A stretch of DNA of 58,966 nt from an uncultured Flavobacteriales bacterium (GCA_938010565.1 CALLUQ010000093.1:1-58966); one strand, 5' to 3'. Shown: positions 1-12,528, counted from the first letter of the stretch. Notes: generated from the letters alone by a model not told the origin. Numbers and translations are program-made.

Positions 1-1
1 G

Positions 2-151
2 GTGAAAAATGGTATGGCCCATAAAAACGACAAGGTGAAAATTCTTGGAAGGGGCGAATTGAGCACAAAAGTGAACATCACTGCCCATGCATTTTCAGCC
101 CGTGCCAAAGCGGCTGTTGAAGCTGCAGGCGGATCTGCGAATGCTGTGTAA
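2..151 (+). CDS. rplO: 50S ribosomal protein L15, C-terminal fragment (5' end lies outside the window)
   Basis: Frame 2 reads ...KVKILGRGELSTKVNITAHAFSARAKAAVEAAGGSANAV*, a typical L15 C-terminus. It sits in the conserved position directly upstream of secY. Confidence 0.8.
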   Translation: MKNGMAHKNDKVKILGRGELSTKVNITAHAFSARAKAAVEAAGGSANAV

Positions 152-172
152 CCTGTTTTAAGAAACTGCTGA

Positions 173-1519
173 ATGAAAAAGTTCATCGAAACATTACGTA
201 ATATTTGGAAGATTGATGACCTCCGTGGTCGGATCTTGCTTACTTTGGGATTGATCCTGATTTACAGGATCGGTTCCTATGTAGTATTACCGGGAGTGAA
301 CCTGGAACAACTCCAAACACAGAATGGGGATGCCGAAGGATTGGCAGCCCTGCTTTCATTGTTCACCGGTGGAGCTTTTTCGAGGGCTTCGATCTTTTCG
401 TTAGGCATTATGCCGTATATCTCGGCATCCATCATCATGCAACTGCTTGGAGTAGCTGTTCCAACGATCCAGAAAATGCAGCGCGACGGAGAAAGCGGTC
501 GCAAAAAAGTAAATCAGATTACCCGCTGGCTAACCATTGCCATCTGTTTGTTGCAAGCACCCGGCTATGTAGCGTCTTATGTACCCTTGGCCGCACGCAC
601 CGGAGATTTTCATGTTTGGTTGGCCGTATTGATCCTTATATCGGGTACGGTTTTCGTAATGTGGTTAGGAGAACGCATTACCGATAAAGGAATAGGAAAC
701 GGCATTTCGCTGCTCATCATGATCGGTATCATTGCCGGGTTACCAGGTGCCTTTATCGGAGAAATTGTTGTTCGCCTCGGCGGAAATGGCGGAGGAATGT
801 TCTTCCTTCTTGTAGAACTGGTTCTTTTCCTGCTGGTCATCCTTGCATCCGTAGCACTGGTACAAGCCACACGAAGAATTCCGGTGCAATTTGCCAAGCG
901 TGCCGTTGGCCGCGGCAACGATCAAATGCTGGGAACAGGAGCACGTAGCTACATTCCGTTGAAACTCAACTCCGCGAATGTAATGCCGATCATCTTTGCT
1001 CAGGCCATCATGTTCATACCGCTTTATATTGTACAATCTACCGAGGCAACCGATTCGTTTTGGCTTGATCTGGCAGATTATAAAAGCTTCTTGTACAATG
1101 CCGTGTTTTTTGCGATGATCATCATTTTCACCTACTTCTATACAGCCATTACCATTAACCCTATGCAAATGGCCGATGACTTGAAACGAAACGGCGGATT
1201 TATTCCGGGCATTAAACCGGGAAGAGCCACCGCAGATCATATTGACACCCTTTTATCGCGCATTACCCTACCGGGTTCCATCTTTTTGGGTATTCTTGCT
1301 ATCCTTCCGGCATTTGCCGGACTGGCAGGCGTAAAGGATGGATTTGCGCAATTCTTCGGTGGCACTTCTCTGATCATTATGGTCGGAGTAGTACTGGATA
1401 CGCTACAACAGGTGGAAAGCCACCTTCTGAGCCGCCATTACGATGGTTTGATGAAAGGTGGCCGGTTAAAAGGTAGAGGTGGTGCCGCATTGAGTGGCAT
1501 GGGGCAGACAGCAATGTAA
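173..1519 (+). CDS. secY: preprotein translocase subunit SecY
   Basis: 448-aa multi-TM protein with SecY hallmarks (GIMPYISASII, GERITDKGIGNGISLLI). Position matches the spc operon. Confidence 0.97.
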   Translation: MKKFIETLRNIWKIDDLRGRILLTLGLILIYRIGSYVVLPGVNLEQLQTQNGDAEGLAALLSLFTGGAFSRASIFSLGIMPYISASIIMQLLGVAVPTIQKMQRDGESGRKKVNQITRWLTIAICLLQAPGYVASYVPLAARTGDFHVWLAVLILISGTVFVMWLGERITDKGIGNGISLLIMIGIIAGLPGAFIGEIVVRLGGNGGGMFFLLVELVLFLLVILASVALVQATRRIPVQFAKRAVGRGNDQMLGTGARSYIPLKLNSANVMPIIFAQAIMFIPLYIVQSTEATDSFWLDLADYKSFLYNAVFFAMIIIFTYFYTAITINPMQMADDLKRNGGFIPGIKPGRATADHIDTLLSRITLPGSIFLGILAILPAFAGLAGVKDGFAQFFGGTSLIIMVGVVLDTLQQVESHLLSRHYDGLMKGGRLKGRGGAALSGMGQTAM

Positions 1520-2301
1520 TGGCTGACCGGATTTACCTCAAAACGGATGAGGAGATTGAACTCATCCGTATTAGTTCTTTACTTGTTGGAAAAACTTTGG
1601 CAGAAGTAGCCAAATGCATAAAGCCGGGAATAACCCCGTTGAAATTGGATAAAATAGCAGAAGAATTTATTCGCGACAACGGTGCGATCCCAGGTTTTAA
1701 AGGCTATAACGGATTTCCCAATACCCTTTGTACATCGAGAAATGAACAAGTGGTACACGGAATTCCAACAGATGCACCCCTAAAAGAAGGAGATATTATT
1801 TCCGTCGATTGTGGGGTCATTAAGGATGAGTTCTGGGGCGACTCCGCTTACACTTTTCAGGTGGGCGAAGTAGCGGAAGAAATTAAACAACTGCTCAAAG
1901 TGACACAGGAATCGTTGAATGCCGCAATTGAAATGGCAGTGGCAGGAAAACGATTGGGTGACATTGGGTTTGCCGTTCAAAATCATGCGGAAGCACATGG
2001 TTATGGCGTAGTAAGAGAATTGGTAGGCCACGGACTTGGACGGAACCTCCATGAGAAACCGGAAGTGCCCAACTACGGACGCCGTGGAAACGGTCCGAAA
2101 CTCAAAGAAGGAATGGTTTTGGCCATTGAGCCCATGATCAACCTCGGAGTGAAAGAAGTAAAAACCGATAAAGATGGCTGGACCATCATAACAGCAGACC
2201 GTTTGCCTTCTGCACACTTTGAACACGATGTAGTCATCCGTGAAGGAAAAGCGGAAGTCTTATCAACATTTGCTTACATTGAGGAAGCATTGAATACATA
2301 G
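1519..2301 (+). CDS. map: type I methionine aminopeptidase
   Basis: 260 aa with the VVHGIP, DCG and GHGLG motifs. The ATG overlaps the secY TAA (TAATG). Confidence 0.95.
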   Translation: MADRIYLKTDEEIELIRISSLLVGKTLAEVAKCIKPGITPLKLDKIAEEFIRDNGAIPGFKGYNGFPNTLCTSRNEQVVHGIPTDAPLKEGDIISVDCGVIKDEFWGDSAYTFQVGEVAEEIKQLLKVTQESLNAAIEMAVAGKRLGDIGFAVQNHAEAHGYGVVRELVGHGLGRNLHEKPEVPNYGRRGNGPKLKEGMVLAIEPMINLGVKEVKTDKDGWTIITADRLPSAHFEHDVVIREGKAEVLSTFAYIEEALNT

Positions 2302-2311
2302 ATAAAAAAGT

Positions 2312-2530
2312 ATGGCTAAACAGGCATCAATCGAACAAGATGGAATGATTACCGAATCACTCTCAAATGCAAGATTCCGGGTGGAACTTGAAAACGGACA
2401 TATCATTATGGCCCATATTTCGGGTAAGATGCGTATGCACTACATCAAGATCTTACCCGGAGACAAAGTAAAAGTAGCCATGTCGCCATACGATTTGTCA
2501 AAAGGAAGAATTACGTTCAGATATAAGTAA
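2312..2530 (+). CDS. infA: translation initiation factor IF-1
   Basis: 72-aa S1-like protein ([25 protein letters not shown]). Confidence 0.97.
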   Translation: MAKQASIEQDGMITESLSNARFRVELENGHIIMAHISGKMRMHYIKILPGDKVKVAMSPYDLSKGRITFRYK

Positions 2531-2567
2531 TGAAAGCAGGATACTGCTTAATGTAAAGCTAAAGACG

Positions 2568-2684
2568 ATGAAAGTCAGAGCATCAATTAAAAAACGTTCG
2601 GAAGATTGTAAGATCGTAAGGCGTAAAGGGCGCTTGTACGTGATCAACAAAAAGAACCCAAAATTTAAGCAACGTCAAGGTTAA
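2568..2684 (+). CDS. rpmJ: 50S ribosomal protein L36
   Basis: Absent from the ORF track because it is under 60 aa. Translated by hand: [38 protein letters not shown]. It occupies the conserved infA-rpmJ-rpsM slot. Confidence 0.93.
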   Translation: MKVRASIKKRSEDCKIVRRKGRLYVINKKNPKFKQRQG

Positions 2685-2705
2685 ATCCTTATTAAAGAAT
2701 AGAAT

Positions 2706-3080
2706 ATGGCAAGGATTGCTAGTATTGATTTGCCCAAGAATAAACGTGGCGTAATTGGTTTAACCTACGTTTACGGTATTGGACGGAGCAGAGCTCGGGA
2801 AATTCTCGAAGCTGCGGGTGTGGATAAAAGCATCAAGGTAAAAGACTGGACCGATGATCAGGTGAACAACATTCGCCAGGTTATTGGTGAGATCAAAGTA
2901 GAAGGCGAACTTCGCTCCGAAGTTCAGTTGAACATTAAACGTTTGATGGACATTGGATGTTACAGAGGTGTACGTCATCGTGTTGGTCTTCCGCTACGCG
3001 GCCAGAGAACCAAAAACAATTCGAGAACTCGGAAGGGTAAACGTAAGACAGTTGCTAATAAAAAGAAAGCTGCTAAGTAG
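2706..3080 (+). CDS. rpsM: 30S ribosomal protein S13
   Basis: 124 aa, MARI.. start, [22 protein letters not shown] motif. Confidence 0.97.
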   Translation: MARIASIDLPKNKRGVIGLTYVYGIGRSRAREILEAAGVDKSIKVKDWTDDQVNNIRQVIGEIKVEGELRSEVQLNIKRLMDIGCYRGVRHRVGLPLRGQRTKNNSRTRKGKRKTVANKKKAAK

Positions 3081-3109
3081 TAGCCGGATTACCTCAAACA
3101 CTTTGTGTT

Positions 3110-3493
3110 ATGGCTAAAAATGCTAAAAAGAAAAAGAAGGTAAAAGTGGATCCCTTGGGACAAGCCCATATTTCCTCTTCCTTCAATAACATCATTGTTT
3201 CCCTTACCAATAACGCAGGACAGGTAATTTCCTGGTCATCTGCCGGAAAAATGGGATTCCGTGGGTCTAAAAAAAACACACCTTATGCTGCTCAGGTAAC
3301 GACTGAAGATGCTGCCAGTGTAGCCCGTGAGTGCGGCTTGAAAAAAGTGCGTGTTTATGTAAAAGGACCAGGGTCAGGCCGCGAGTCGGCTATTCGTACT
3401 TTGCACAACAATGGCATTGATGTGATTGAGATCAATGATGTTACTCCTATGCCGCACAATGGATGCCGGCCCCCGAAACGCAGACGAGTTTAA
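3110..3493 (+). CDS. rpsK: 30S ribosomal protein S11
   Basis: 127 aa ([11 protein letters not shown]...[14 protein letters not shown]...[12 protein letters not shown]). Confidence 0.97.
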   Translation: MAKNAKKKKKVKVDPLGQAHISSSFNNIIVSLTNNAGQVISWSSAGKMGFRGSKKNTPYAAQVTTEDAASVARECGLKKVRVYVKGPGSGRESAIRTLHNNGIDVIEINDVTPMPHNGCRPPKRRRV

Positions 3494-3583
3494 TTCTTAA
3501 TAATAATCGCTATAAGCGCTTGATTTAGATTGCATGTCCACTTACCTCAAAGGTTACGACATGCAGGATTAATAATTTAAAAA

Positions 3584-4189
3584 ATGGCAAGATACAGAGG
3601 CCCTAAATCAAAGATTGCCCGCCGTTTCCGTGAGCCGATTTTCGGACCGGACCGGGCTCTTGATAAAAAAAACTACCCTCCCGGACAACATGGCCCGAAC
3701 AGACGGAGAGGTAAACAAAGCGAATATTCCATTCAGCTTGCTGAAAAACAGAAAGCCAAGTACACGTACGGCATTCTTGAGCGTCAGTTCGCAAATTTGT
3801 TCGACAAAGCCTCCCGCAAGAAGGGGATTACAGGCGAGAACTTGTTGCAATTGTGCGAATCTCGACTGGATAACACGGTTTATCGCTTAGGAATAGCAAA
3901 CAGCCGGCGCGGTGCCCGGCAATTGGTAACTCACCGTCACATCACTGTGAATGGCAAAATTGTAAACATTCCATCTTACCAATTGCGTCCGGGTGACAAA
4001 GTAAGCATTCGTGAAAAATCAAAAGCACTGGAAGTAGTAGTAAATGCTTTGTCGAATCACTCCAACAAATACGATTGGCTCGAATGGGATCGCAGCAACA
4101 TGGAAGGAACCTACATCGCTGTTCCTTCACGTGAGATGATCCCTGAAAATATCCGCGAGCAATTAATCGTTGAATTGTATTCTAAGTAA
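3584..4189 (+). CDS. rpsD: 30S ribosomal protein S4
   Basis: 201 aa, MARYRGPK start and S4 RNA-binding domain ([26 protein letters not shown]). Confidence 0.97.
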   Translation: MARYRGPKSKIARRFREPIFGPDRALDKKNYPPGQHGPNRRRGKQSEYSIQLAEKQKAKYTYGILERQFANLFDKASRKKGITGENLLQLCESRLDNTVYRLGIANSRRGARQLVTHRHITVNGKIVNIPSYQLRPGDKVSIREKSKALEVVVNALSNHSNKYDWLEWDRSNMEGTYIAVPSREMIPENIREQLIVELYSK

Positions 4190-4208
4190 TAATCTTAACC
4201 ATTTCAAT

Positions 4209-5201
4209 ATGGCCATTTTAGATTTTCAAAAACCCGATAAGGTGATCATGATCAGTTCAAGCGATTTTACTGGTCAGTTTGAGTTTCGCCCTCTGGAGCC
4301 GGGATACGGCATTACCATTGGTAACGCTTTGCGTCGTATTCTGCTCTCATCTCTCGAAGGATTTGCTATTACTTCGGTGAAGTTGGAAGGGGTTGAACAT
4401 GAGTTCACCAGCATGACCGGAGTGGTAGAAGATGTTACCGAGATCGTTTTAAACCTTAAACAAGTTCGTTTTAAACAACAAATCGAAGGAACGGACTCTG
4501 AGAAGGTTGTAATAAAGATAAACGGTCAGGATACACTCACCGCCGGTGATATTGGCAAATTTACATCGGCATTTCAGGTACTCAACCCTGAAATGGTGAT
4601 TGCTCATATGGAACCCAATGTGAAGATCAACATGGAGCTGACCATCGAAAAAGGACGTGGTTATGTACCTGCCGATGAGAATAAAATAAAAAATGCACCC
4701 ATCGGAACCATCTTCATCGATTCCATTTTCACACCGATTCGTAATGTAAAGTACGGTATTGAAAACTACCGTGTAGAACAGAAAACCGATTATGAAAAAC
4801 TCGTTCTCGATCTGAATACGGATGGATCCGTACACCCAAAAGATGCTCTGAAAGAAGCAGCGAAGATCCTCATTCACCATTTCATGCTGTTCTCCGATGA
4901 GCGGATAACCCTCGATAATACCGAGAAATCCGAAACAGAAGACTTCGATGAAACTTCGCTTCACATGCGCCAGCTGCTCAAAACCAAACTGGTAGACATG
5001 GACCTCTCGGTTCGCGCCCTCAACTGTTTGAAAGCAGCAGATGTTGAAGCATTGGGCGACCTTGTTTCTTACCACAAAAGCGACCTTCTCAAATTCCGTA
5101 ACTTCGGTAAGAAATCGCTTACAGAGCTGGAAGACCTTGTAGAGGCCAAAGGTCTGTCGTTCGGAATGAATGTTTCGAAGTACAAATTAGACAAAGACTA
5201 A
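4209..5201 (+). CDS. rpoA: DNA-directed RNA polymerase subunit alpha
   Basis: The ORF-track start at 4170 is TTG. The first ATG (4209) gives [11 protein letters not shown].., the usual RpoA N-terminus. The C-terminal domain motif [10 protein letters not shown] is present. Confidence 0.95.
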   Translation: MAILDFQKPDKVIMISSSDFTGQFEFRPLEPGYGITIGNALRRILLSSLEGFAITSVKLEGVEHEFTSMTGVVEDVTEIVLNLKQVRFKQQIEGTDSEKVVIKINGQDTLTAGDIGKFTSAFQVLNPEMVIAHMEPNVKINMELTIEKGRGYVPADENKIKNAPIGTIFIDSIFTPIRNVKYGIENYRVEQKTDYEKLVLDLNTDGSVHPKDALKEAAKILIHHFMLFSDERITLDNTEKSETEDFDETSLHMRQLLKTKLVDMDLSVRALNCLKAADVEALGDLVSYHKSDLLKFRNFGKKSLTELEDLVEAKGLSFGMNVSKYKLDKD

Positions 5202-5264
5202 ACGAAATCAGAAAACAGAAAACAGTTGTGGATTTCAGTTTCTGATCCCTGTATCTAAGTTAAG

Positions 5265-5789
5265 ATGAGACACGGAAAAAAAATAAATCATTTGGGGCGT
5301 ACCAGTTCGCATCGCAAAGCAATGCTTTCGAACATGGCATGTTCTCTTATTGAGCACAAGCGGATCAATACTACTCTTGCCAAAGCAAAAGCTTTGCGTA
5401 AGTATGTTGAGCCCCTCATTACCAAGTCAAAAACCGATTCTACACATTCGCGCCGGGTGGTATTTAGTTACCTCCAGAGTAAGGATGCAACCGCTGAACT
5501 TTTTCGCGAAGTAGCACCGAAGGTATCGGATCGCCCCGGCGGATACACACGTATCATTAAGATGGGGCCACGTTTGGGAGACAATGCGGAAATGGTCATG
5601 ATTGAACTGGTTGATTTCAATGAGCTCTACCAAAAACAAACCAGAACAAAAAAATCACGTCGCCGTAGAGGAGGTGGTGGCAAAAAAGCCGGAGATACTC
5701 CCGCTGTTGCAGAGGGAACTATCGAAACTACTACCGACGAAACTCCGGCGGTTGATGCTCCTGCATCCGAAGAAAATAAAGAAGCGTAA
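5265..5789 (+). CDS. rplQ: 50S ribosomal protein L17 with a low-complexity C-terminal tail
   Basis: [21 protein letters not shown].. is the L17 N-terminus. The last ~50 aa are R/G/K-rich and then acidic T/E/A-rich. Confidence 0.93.
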   Translation: MRHGKKINHLGRTSSHRKAMLSNMACSLIEHKRINTTLAKAKALRKYVEPLITKSKTDSTHSRRVVFSYLQSKDATAELFREVAPKVSDRPGGYTRIIKMGPRLGDNAEMVMIELVDFNELYQKQTRTKKSRRRRGGGGKKAGDTPAVAEGTIETTTDETPAVDAPASEENKEA

Positions 5790-5805
5790 ACATACATCCT
5801 CCAAT

Positions 5806-5846
5806 AAAAAGCGTTCCGATCAGATATCGTGAACGCTTTTTTTATT
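5806..5846 (+). terminator. rho-independent terminator after rplQ
   Basis: Hairpin aaaaagcgttc/gaacgcttttt followed by a T-run, 17 nt after the rplQ stop. Confidence 0.6.
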
Positions 5847-5987
5847 TCTCCGTATTTTTGACTCCTTCTTATAATTGCGATACAATTTTAAAATCCACAC
5901 TCAGATACAAATCCTATTTACAAACAAAACGCAACATTTTGTTCGCATTTCCGGCCGTAAGGGTTGTACTCTCCGAAAACTTTGAAT

Positions 5988-5995
5988 TATCTTTG
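5988..5995 (+). promoter_or_regulatory. candidate Bacteroidota -7 box (TAnnTTTG) upstream of carA
   Basis: TATCTTTG lies 5 nt before the carA ATG, which would imply a leaderless or very short-leader mRNA. No well-spaced -33 TTTG was seen. Confidence 0.25.
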
Positions 5996-6000
5996 CGGCT

Positions 6001-7118
6001 ATGAAATACGCAGCCAAGGCTCCTGCAGTCCTTTTACTTGAAGATGGAACTGTGTTTCATGGAAAAGCAGCCGGAGCACCGGGCACTGCCACTGGTGAGA
6101 TCTGTTTCAATACCGGAATGACCGGTTACCAGGAAATTTTTACCGACCCTTCTTACTATGGTCAGGTTATCGTAGCCACTACTCCCCATATAGGGAATTA
6201 TGGAGTACACGAAGATGAGGTCGAATCCGAGTCGATTAAGATCTCCGGCCTGATTTGCAGAAAGTTTTCCGAATCCTTTTCCCGTCCTTGTGGCGAAAGC
6301 AGTATCCGGGATTATTTCGAACGCCACAAAAAAGTAGTCATTTGTGATGTGGATACCCGTGCTGTAGTAAGGCATATCAGAAATAAAGGAGCGATGAATT
6401 GCATCATCTCTTCCGTTGAAACAGATATAGAAAAACTCAAACGGCAATTGGCGGAGATACCTTCGATGGAGGGCCTTGAACTTTCGGGTAAAGTGTGTAC
6501 CAAAGAAGCATATCTGGTCGGAGAGGAAAACGCCGGACCCAGAGTTGCATTGCTTGATATCGGAGTAAAGAAAAACATCATTCGCTGTTTAACGGAACGC
6601 GGATGCTCTGTGAAGGTATTCCCCATGTCAACTTCCTTTGAAGAGATCCAATGTTGGCAACCCAATGGGGTGATGCTGTCCAATGGCCCCGGCGATCCCT
6701 CAGCCATGCCTGAAGTAGTAGAAACCGTAAAAACCATTGTAAATTCCGGACTGCCTGTATTTGGCATTTGTTTGGGGCACCAGATCTTGGCCTTGAGCCA
6801 GGGGTTGAAAACGGAAAAAATGTTCAACGGTCACCGTGGCATCAACCATCCGGTTATCAATCTGTTAAGCGGAAAATGTGAAGTAACTTCTCAAAACCAC
6901 GGATTTGTAGTGAACATGGAAACGGCCATGGACAATCCCAACATTGAGATCACGCACAAGCACCTGAACGATCACACTTTGGCCGGTTTCCGGATTAAAG
7001 ATAAGTATGTTTTTTCGGTACAATACCATCCGGAAGCATCACCCGGACCCCATGACTCGGGCTATCTGTTCGATCAATTCATAGAGAACATCGTAGAGGC
7101 CGAAAATCGGGTGATCGC

Positions 7119-7122
<4 letters not shown>
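6001..7122 (+). CDS. carA: carbamoyl-phosphate synthase small (glutaminase) subunit
   Basis: 373 aa with the GICLGHQ catalytic Cys motif and HPE near the C-terminus. Confidence 0.95.
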
Positions 7123-8608
<1,486 letters not shown>

Positions 8609-8626
8609 GAACAAATAATGCATACC

Positions 8627-8652
8627 AAAAGCCCGGCATTTCCGGGCTGTTG
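8627..8652 (+). terminator. possible terminator hairpin after eno
   Basis: gcccgg-cattt-ccgggc stem-loop 20 nt after the eno stop. The T-tract is weak. Confidence 0.4.
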
Positions 8653-8811
8653 GGGCTAAACCATAATCTAATTCTTTTCTCACCGTATCTGTTTCAAGCG
8701 CCCGCTTGGAACACTATTTATGACGGCTCATAAGCCAAATGGTATTTTTTCAATCATTTGTTTGGAACGGCATAGCTACCATCTCACAAGCGAGACGCTT
8801 GCGAGAGAGTT

Positions 8812-8911
8812 GGGAATAATCTCTTAGCTACACCAGACTCCTATTTTTCGCATGGTCCGGAACAAAAATATCGGCAACTTATACGACACAGTACACCTGA
8901 CTTAACACTAG
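8812..8911 (+). repeat. MITE-like intergenic repeat, half copy (right arm only)
   Basis: Matches the right ~100 bp of the copies at 28332-28495 (reverse-complemented there) and 56372-56560: cttagctacac..ctcctatttttcgcatggtccggaacaaaaatatcgg.acttatacgacacagtacacctgacttaac.cta. Confidence 0.8.
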
Positions 8912-9856
8912 TTAGTCTTTTTCAGGAGCAACTAAATAGTGGTTCCGGATAAGTGGCCATTTCGAAGAGCGGGCCATGGCATAAAGAATGCCGGTTAAAC
9001 ATAAAACCGTTACGCTTAAAAGCACTACCTCGCCATGAGACCCAACGGAAGAAAACCATTCAGGCATTTGCTCTCGTTGTGCCATGTAATTAAGCGTAAG
9101 AGCAAAGGCATTGTTAAAAAAATGCACAATGATGGGGATCAGAATGGTGCCGCTCCAGATGAGCAGATACCCAAACAGTACACCGTACAACACCCGAGGC
9201 ACAAAACCGTAAAACTGGAAATGCATCAAGCTAAAGAAAAACGCACTGATCCAGATGCCGGCATGGATGTTTTTAAAGACCCGCGCCACCAGTTTTTGCA
9301 CAATTCCACGAAAAATCAGTTCTTCTCCTATAGCTGGCAGCAAAGCAATGACCAGCACATTGAACAGCAGCGTATCCATGCCACCTTTCTGCATCATCTC
9401 CATTTTCCATGCGGCACTGTCCTCCATAGCTTTTATGGAAGCTGTTATGTTCTCCCACGAAGCAGGTAACTGGAGGCCGGCATTCCATTCAACGATAAAA
9501 TTCGACAGCGGGAAATAAGCCACCATGGCCAAAATAGCCCATACCACCGACATCGGACGGAGTTTTCCATCCAAAACCAAAAAAGAGCGCATATGCTGGC
9601 CGGTAATGATCGGAAAAAGCAGAGCAGGTAAAATGAAAAAACCCAAATGCTGAAAACCCATAGTCCATCGCAAAATTCCGGAAAGATCCGCTGTTTCGGG
9701 ATTGTTGAGCAAACCTGGGTCATCCATAATATTGACCCCGTAGATCAGGTCAACCACCAGAAAGTTTAAAAAGGCCAGAAGAAACATGCCCACGATACAC
9801 ATCGCAAACAAAACCAGTAGTTGAACAAATGGGGAGAGGTGTTCTGATCGCGCCAT
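8912..9856 (-). CDS. CPBP family intramembrane glutamic endopeptidase (CAAX protease-like)
   Basis: Multi-TM protein with the EELIFRG, FSLMHF and HFFNN motifs. The start was moved to the ATG at 9856 (MARSEHL...), leaving a 62-bp divergent spacer to dusB. Confidence 0.8.
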   Translation of the reverse strand: MARSEHLSPFVQLLVLFAMCIVGMFLLAFLNFLVVDLIYGVNIMDDPGLLNNPETADLSGILRWTMGFQHLGFFILPALLFPIITGQHMRSFLVLDGKLRPMSVVWAILAMVAYFPLSNFIVEWNAGLQLPASWENITASIKAMEDSAAWKMEMMQKGGMDTLLFNVLVIALLPAIGEELIFRGIVQKLVARVFKNIHAGIWISAFFFSLMHFQFYGFVPRVLYGVLFGYLLIWSGTILIPIIVHFFNNAFALTLNYMAQREQMPEWFSSVGSHGEVVLLSVTVLCLTGILYAMARSSKWPLIRNHYLVAPEKD

Positions 9857-9918
9857 TTTCAGCTGGTAAAGGTTTTTTGGTAATTTTGTGCCACGCCTTG
9901 TGTTAAACGAAGCAAAAC

Positions 9919-10947
9919 GTGGCAAAGATAGCAAATATTGAACTGGGAGATTTTCCTTTGTTGTTGGCTCCTATGGAGGATGTGAGCGACCCGCCTTTCC
10001 GTGCACTCTGCAAAGAAAACGGTGCCGATCTGATGTATACGGAGTTCATTTCCTCCGAAGGCCTCATCCGGGATGCAGTCAAAAGCACCCAAAAGCTGGA
10101 TATTTTTGAATACGAAAGGCCCATCGGTATCCAGATCTTTGGCTCTGAAATCGGATCCATGCGCCAGGCCACTGAAATTACTGCTGCAGCCCATCCGGAT
10201 CTCATTGATATCAATTACGGTTGTCCGGTTAAAAAAGTGGCTTGCAAAGGTGCCGGAGCAGGCATATTACAAGACATTCCGAAAATGGTTCGCCTTACGG
10301 CTGAAATCGTGAAGGCAACAACCCTTCCGGTAACCGTAAAAACCCGGCTGGGCTGGGACGATAACAGCAAATACATTACCGAGGTTGCAGAACGGTTGCA
10401 AGATGTAGGAATTCAAGCCATCTCCATCCATGGCCGTACCCGAAAACAGATGTACAAAGGAAATGCCGATTGGGCGTTGATCCGCGAAGTGAAAAAAAAC
10501 CCGCGCATTCGGATCCCGGTATTCGGAAATGGCGATATTGACTCTCCTTTTAAAGCCCTAAGCTATAAGAATGAATATGGGGTAGACGGCATTATGATAG
10601 GACGTGCCAGCATCGGCTACCCATGGATCTTCAGAGAAATTAAACATTACATGGCCACCGGCGAATTGTTGAATCCACCCACTCTGGAGGAGCGGATTCG
10701 TGCGGCTACACGCCACCTGGAGATGGCACTGGAATGGAAAGGCGAACGTTTGGGAGTAGTGGAAACCCGCCGTCATTATGGCACTTATTTCAAAGGCATT
10801 CCCGAATTTAAACCGTATCGGATGCAATTGGTAACCAGCGATTCACCGGATGATGTTTTCAGTACACTGGCAGAAATTCGCGACGTATTTTCCAACCATA
10901 CCATTGGCCACCCCTATGCCGTTCCTGATGCCATTCCTGCCATTTAA
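9919..10947 (+). CDS. dusB: tRNA-dihydrouridine synthase
   Basis: 342 aa with LAPMEDVSDPPFR, INYGCP and HGRT motifs. GTG start. Confidence 0.9.
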   Translation: MAKIANIELGDFPLLLAPMEDVSDPPFRALCKENGADLMYTEFISSEGLIRDAVKSTQKLDIFEYERPIGIQIFGSEIGSMRQATEITAAAHPDLIDINYGCPVKKVACKGAGAGILQDIPKMVRLTAEIVKATTLPVTVKTRLGWDDNSKYITEVAERLQDVGIQAISIHGRTRKQMYKGNADWALIREVKKNPRIRIPVFGNGDIDSPFKALSYKNEYGVDGIMIGRASIGYPWIFREIKHYMATGELLNPPTLEERIRAATRHLEMALEWKGERLGVVETRRHYGTYFKGIPEFKPYRMQLVTSDSPDDVFSTLAEIRDVFSNHTIGHPYAVPDAIPAI

Positions 10948-12185
10948 GCGACCGTGGGCGAAAGTTGTTTCCGGGTAAGCAAACGAACCGGCACCCAGGA
11001 GATCAGTACACCAATGGTTACCACAATCGAAAAAACAGCCAAAAAATCAATGGCCGACATTTTGATGGGGTAAGCCTCTGCCAAAGATCCTCCGAGGGTT
11101 ACAAAACCCCAGATCATTTGGGTTCCACAAATCAGAAAACCCATCAACAACCCCGACAAACCTCCGATCAAACTGATCAGAATGCCTTCGAAAAAGAAAA
11201 TGTTGCGCACCATCGACCGGTTCAGGCCCAGGCTCATTAAAATGTTTACGTCTTTCTTTTTGTCCAACAACAGCATGCTTAAAGTGGCAATGGTATTAAA
11301 CGCAGCGATCAACAAGATGAGCGACAGGATCATAAAAGTGATCCATTTTTCCGTTTTGGTGGTCTCGAAGATGATCGCATTTTGTTCATAACGTGTTTTT
11401 ACATCGTAATGTTCTCCTACGATTTCCCTGACTTTGGATTGTATCTTTTCTACATTTGCATCGGGATGCAACCCTATTTCAATGGCTGAGACGGAGTTTC
11501 CGTAGTTCAGGATCTTCCGTGCAAAACCAATGGGTACAAGTGCATACCTGGTATCCAGTTCCGCATTGATGGAAAAAACGCCGGAAACCTGAATTTGCTC
11601 CGAATGCATGGCTTGCTCCAACTGCTTTTTTAACCCCTTGCCTTGTTGCATCAATGGTTTGCCCCGTTGGATCGCATATACCGAAACGGGAGGCTGTCCG
11701 TATTCGATCTGTATCCCCAATTCATTTTGAATACCCCGCCCGAGTACGATGTACGGGTAGCCCTGATGCTCCAGCAGAAATTCCCCTTCCCAAATCACGG
11801 AATCCATTCCGCTCATCTGTGCAAAATCACTTTCCACACCTTTGATCAATGCAATGGTCTGGCGGTTTCCGTATTTCAATCCCACACTTTCTTCAATTAC
11901 TTCCGTACAATGCATCACACCTTTTAACCCGGTTAGGCTGGCCTTTGGAACGGATGTGCGGTCAAAGGTTTTTCCTTCTTTTAATGTGATGCGCAGATCC
12001 GAATCAAAAGAACTGTATAAAGAACCCACCAGAGCCTCAATGCCATTGAATGCGGAAAGCACGATCACCATGGCCATGGTACATGCCATCACCCCCACTA
12101 TACTGATGATGGAGATCAGGTTAATGATGTTATGGGATTTCTCAGCAAAAAGATAGCGCCGTGCTATGTAAAAAGGCAGATTCAA
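10944..12185 (-). CDS. FtsX-like ABC transporter permease (LolC/E family)
   Basis: 413 aa, N-terminal ARRYL motif, MacB-like periplasmic domain and C-terminal FtsX TM bundle. TTG start 4 nt after rbfA. Confidence 0.85.
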   Translation of the reverse strand: MNLPFYIARRYLFAEKSHNIINLISIISIVGVMACTMAMVIVLSAFNGIEALVGSLYSSFDSDLRITLKEGKTFDRTSVPKASLTGLKGVMHCTEVIEESVGLKYGNRQTIALIKGVESDFAQMSGMDSVIWEGEFLLEHQGYPYIVLGRGIQNELGIQIEYGQPPVSVYAIQRGKPLMQQGKGLKKQLEQAMHSEQIQVSGVFSINAELDTRYALVPIGFARKILNYGNSVSAIEIGLHPDANVEKIQSKVREIVGEHYDVKTRYEQNAIIFETTKTEKWITFMILSLILLIAAFNTIATLSMLLLDKKKDVNILMSLGLNRSMVRNIFFFEGILISLIGGLSGLLMGFLICGTQMIWGFVTLGGSLAEAYPIKMSAIDFLAVFSIVVTIGVLISWVPVRLLTRKQLSPTVA

Positions 12186-12189
12186 AAAA

Positions 12190-12528
12190 TCAGCTCTTCA
12201 ACAGATCATCGATACGGTCGGCATAATCCAGGCTGTCGTCGATAAAAAACTTAAACTGCGGAACAACGCGCAACTGATGGCGTATTTTATTCCCTACTTC
12301 GCGACGAATCAAAGAGGTACGTTGCTGTACCAATTGCATCACTTCAGCCTTATTGCCTGCTCCGAAGATGCTCAGGTAAACGTTGGCCACTCCCAGATCG
12401 GGAGACATGCGTACGATGGTTACACTGATCATTGCCCCGAGGTAGTGTGCCCGGGCGCCTTGCTGAAAAATAGTGCTCAATTCCTGACGCACCAGATTTC
12501 CTACTTTTTCCTGACGGATAGTTGCCAT
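12190..12528 (-). CDS. rbfA: 30S ribosome-binding factor RbfA
   Basis: 112 aa (R.EKVGNLVRQELS..., VTIVRMSPDLGVANVYLS). Confidence 0.9.
   Translation of the reverse strand: MATIRQEKVGNLVRQELSTIFQQGARAHYLGAMISVTIVRMSPDLGVANVYLSIFGAGNKAEVMQLVQQRTSLIRREVGNKIRHQLRVVPQFKFFIDDSLDYADRIDDLLKS

Noticed and set aside
5602-5832. 76-aa plus-strand ORF overlapping the rplQ 3' end
   Set aside because: It is an alternative frame of the low-complexity L17 tail that runs through the terminator hairpin. It is a compositional artefact.
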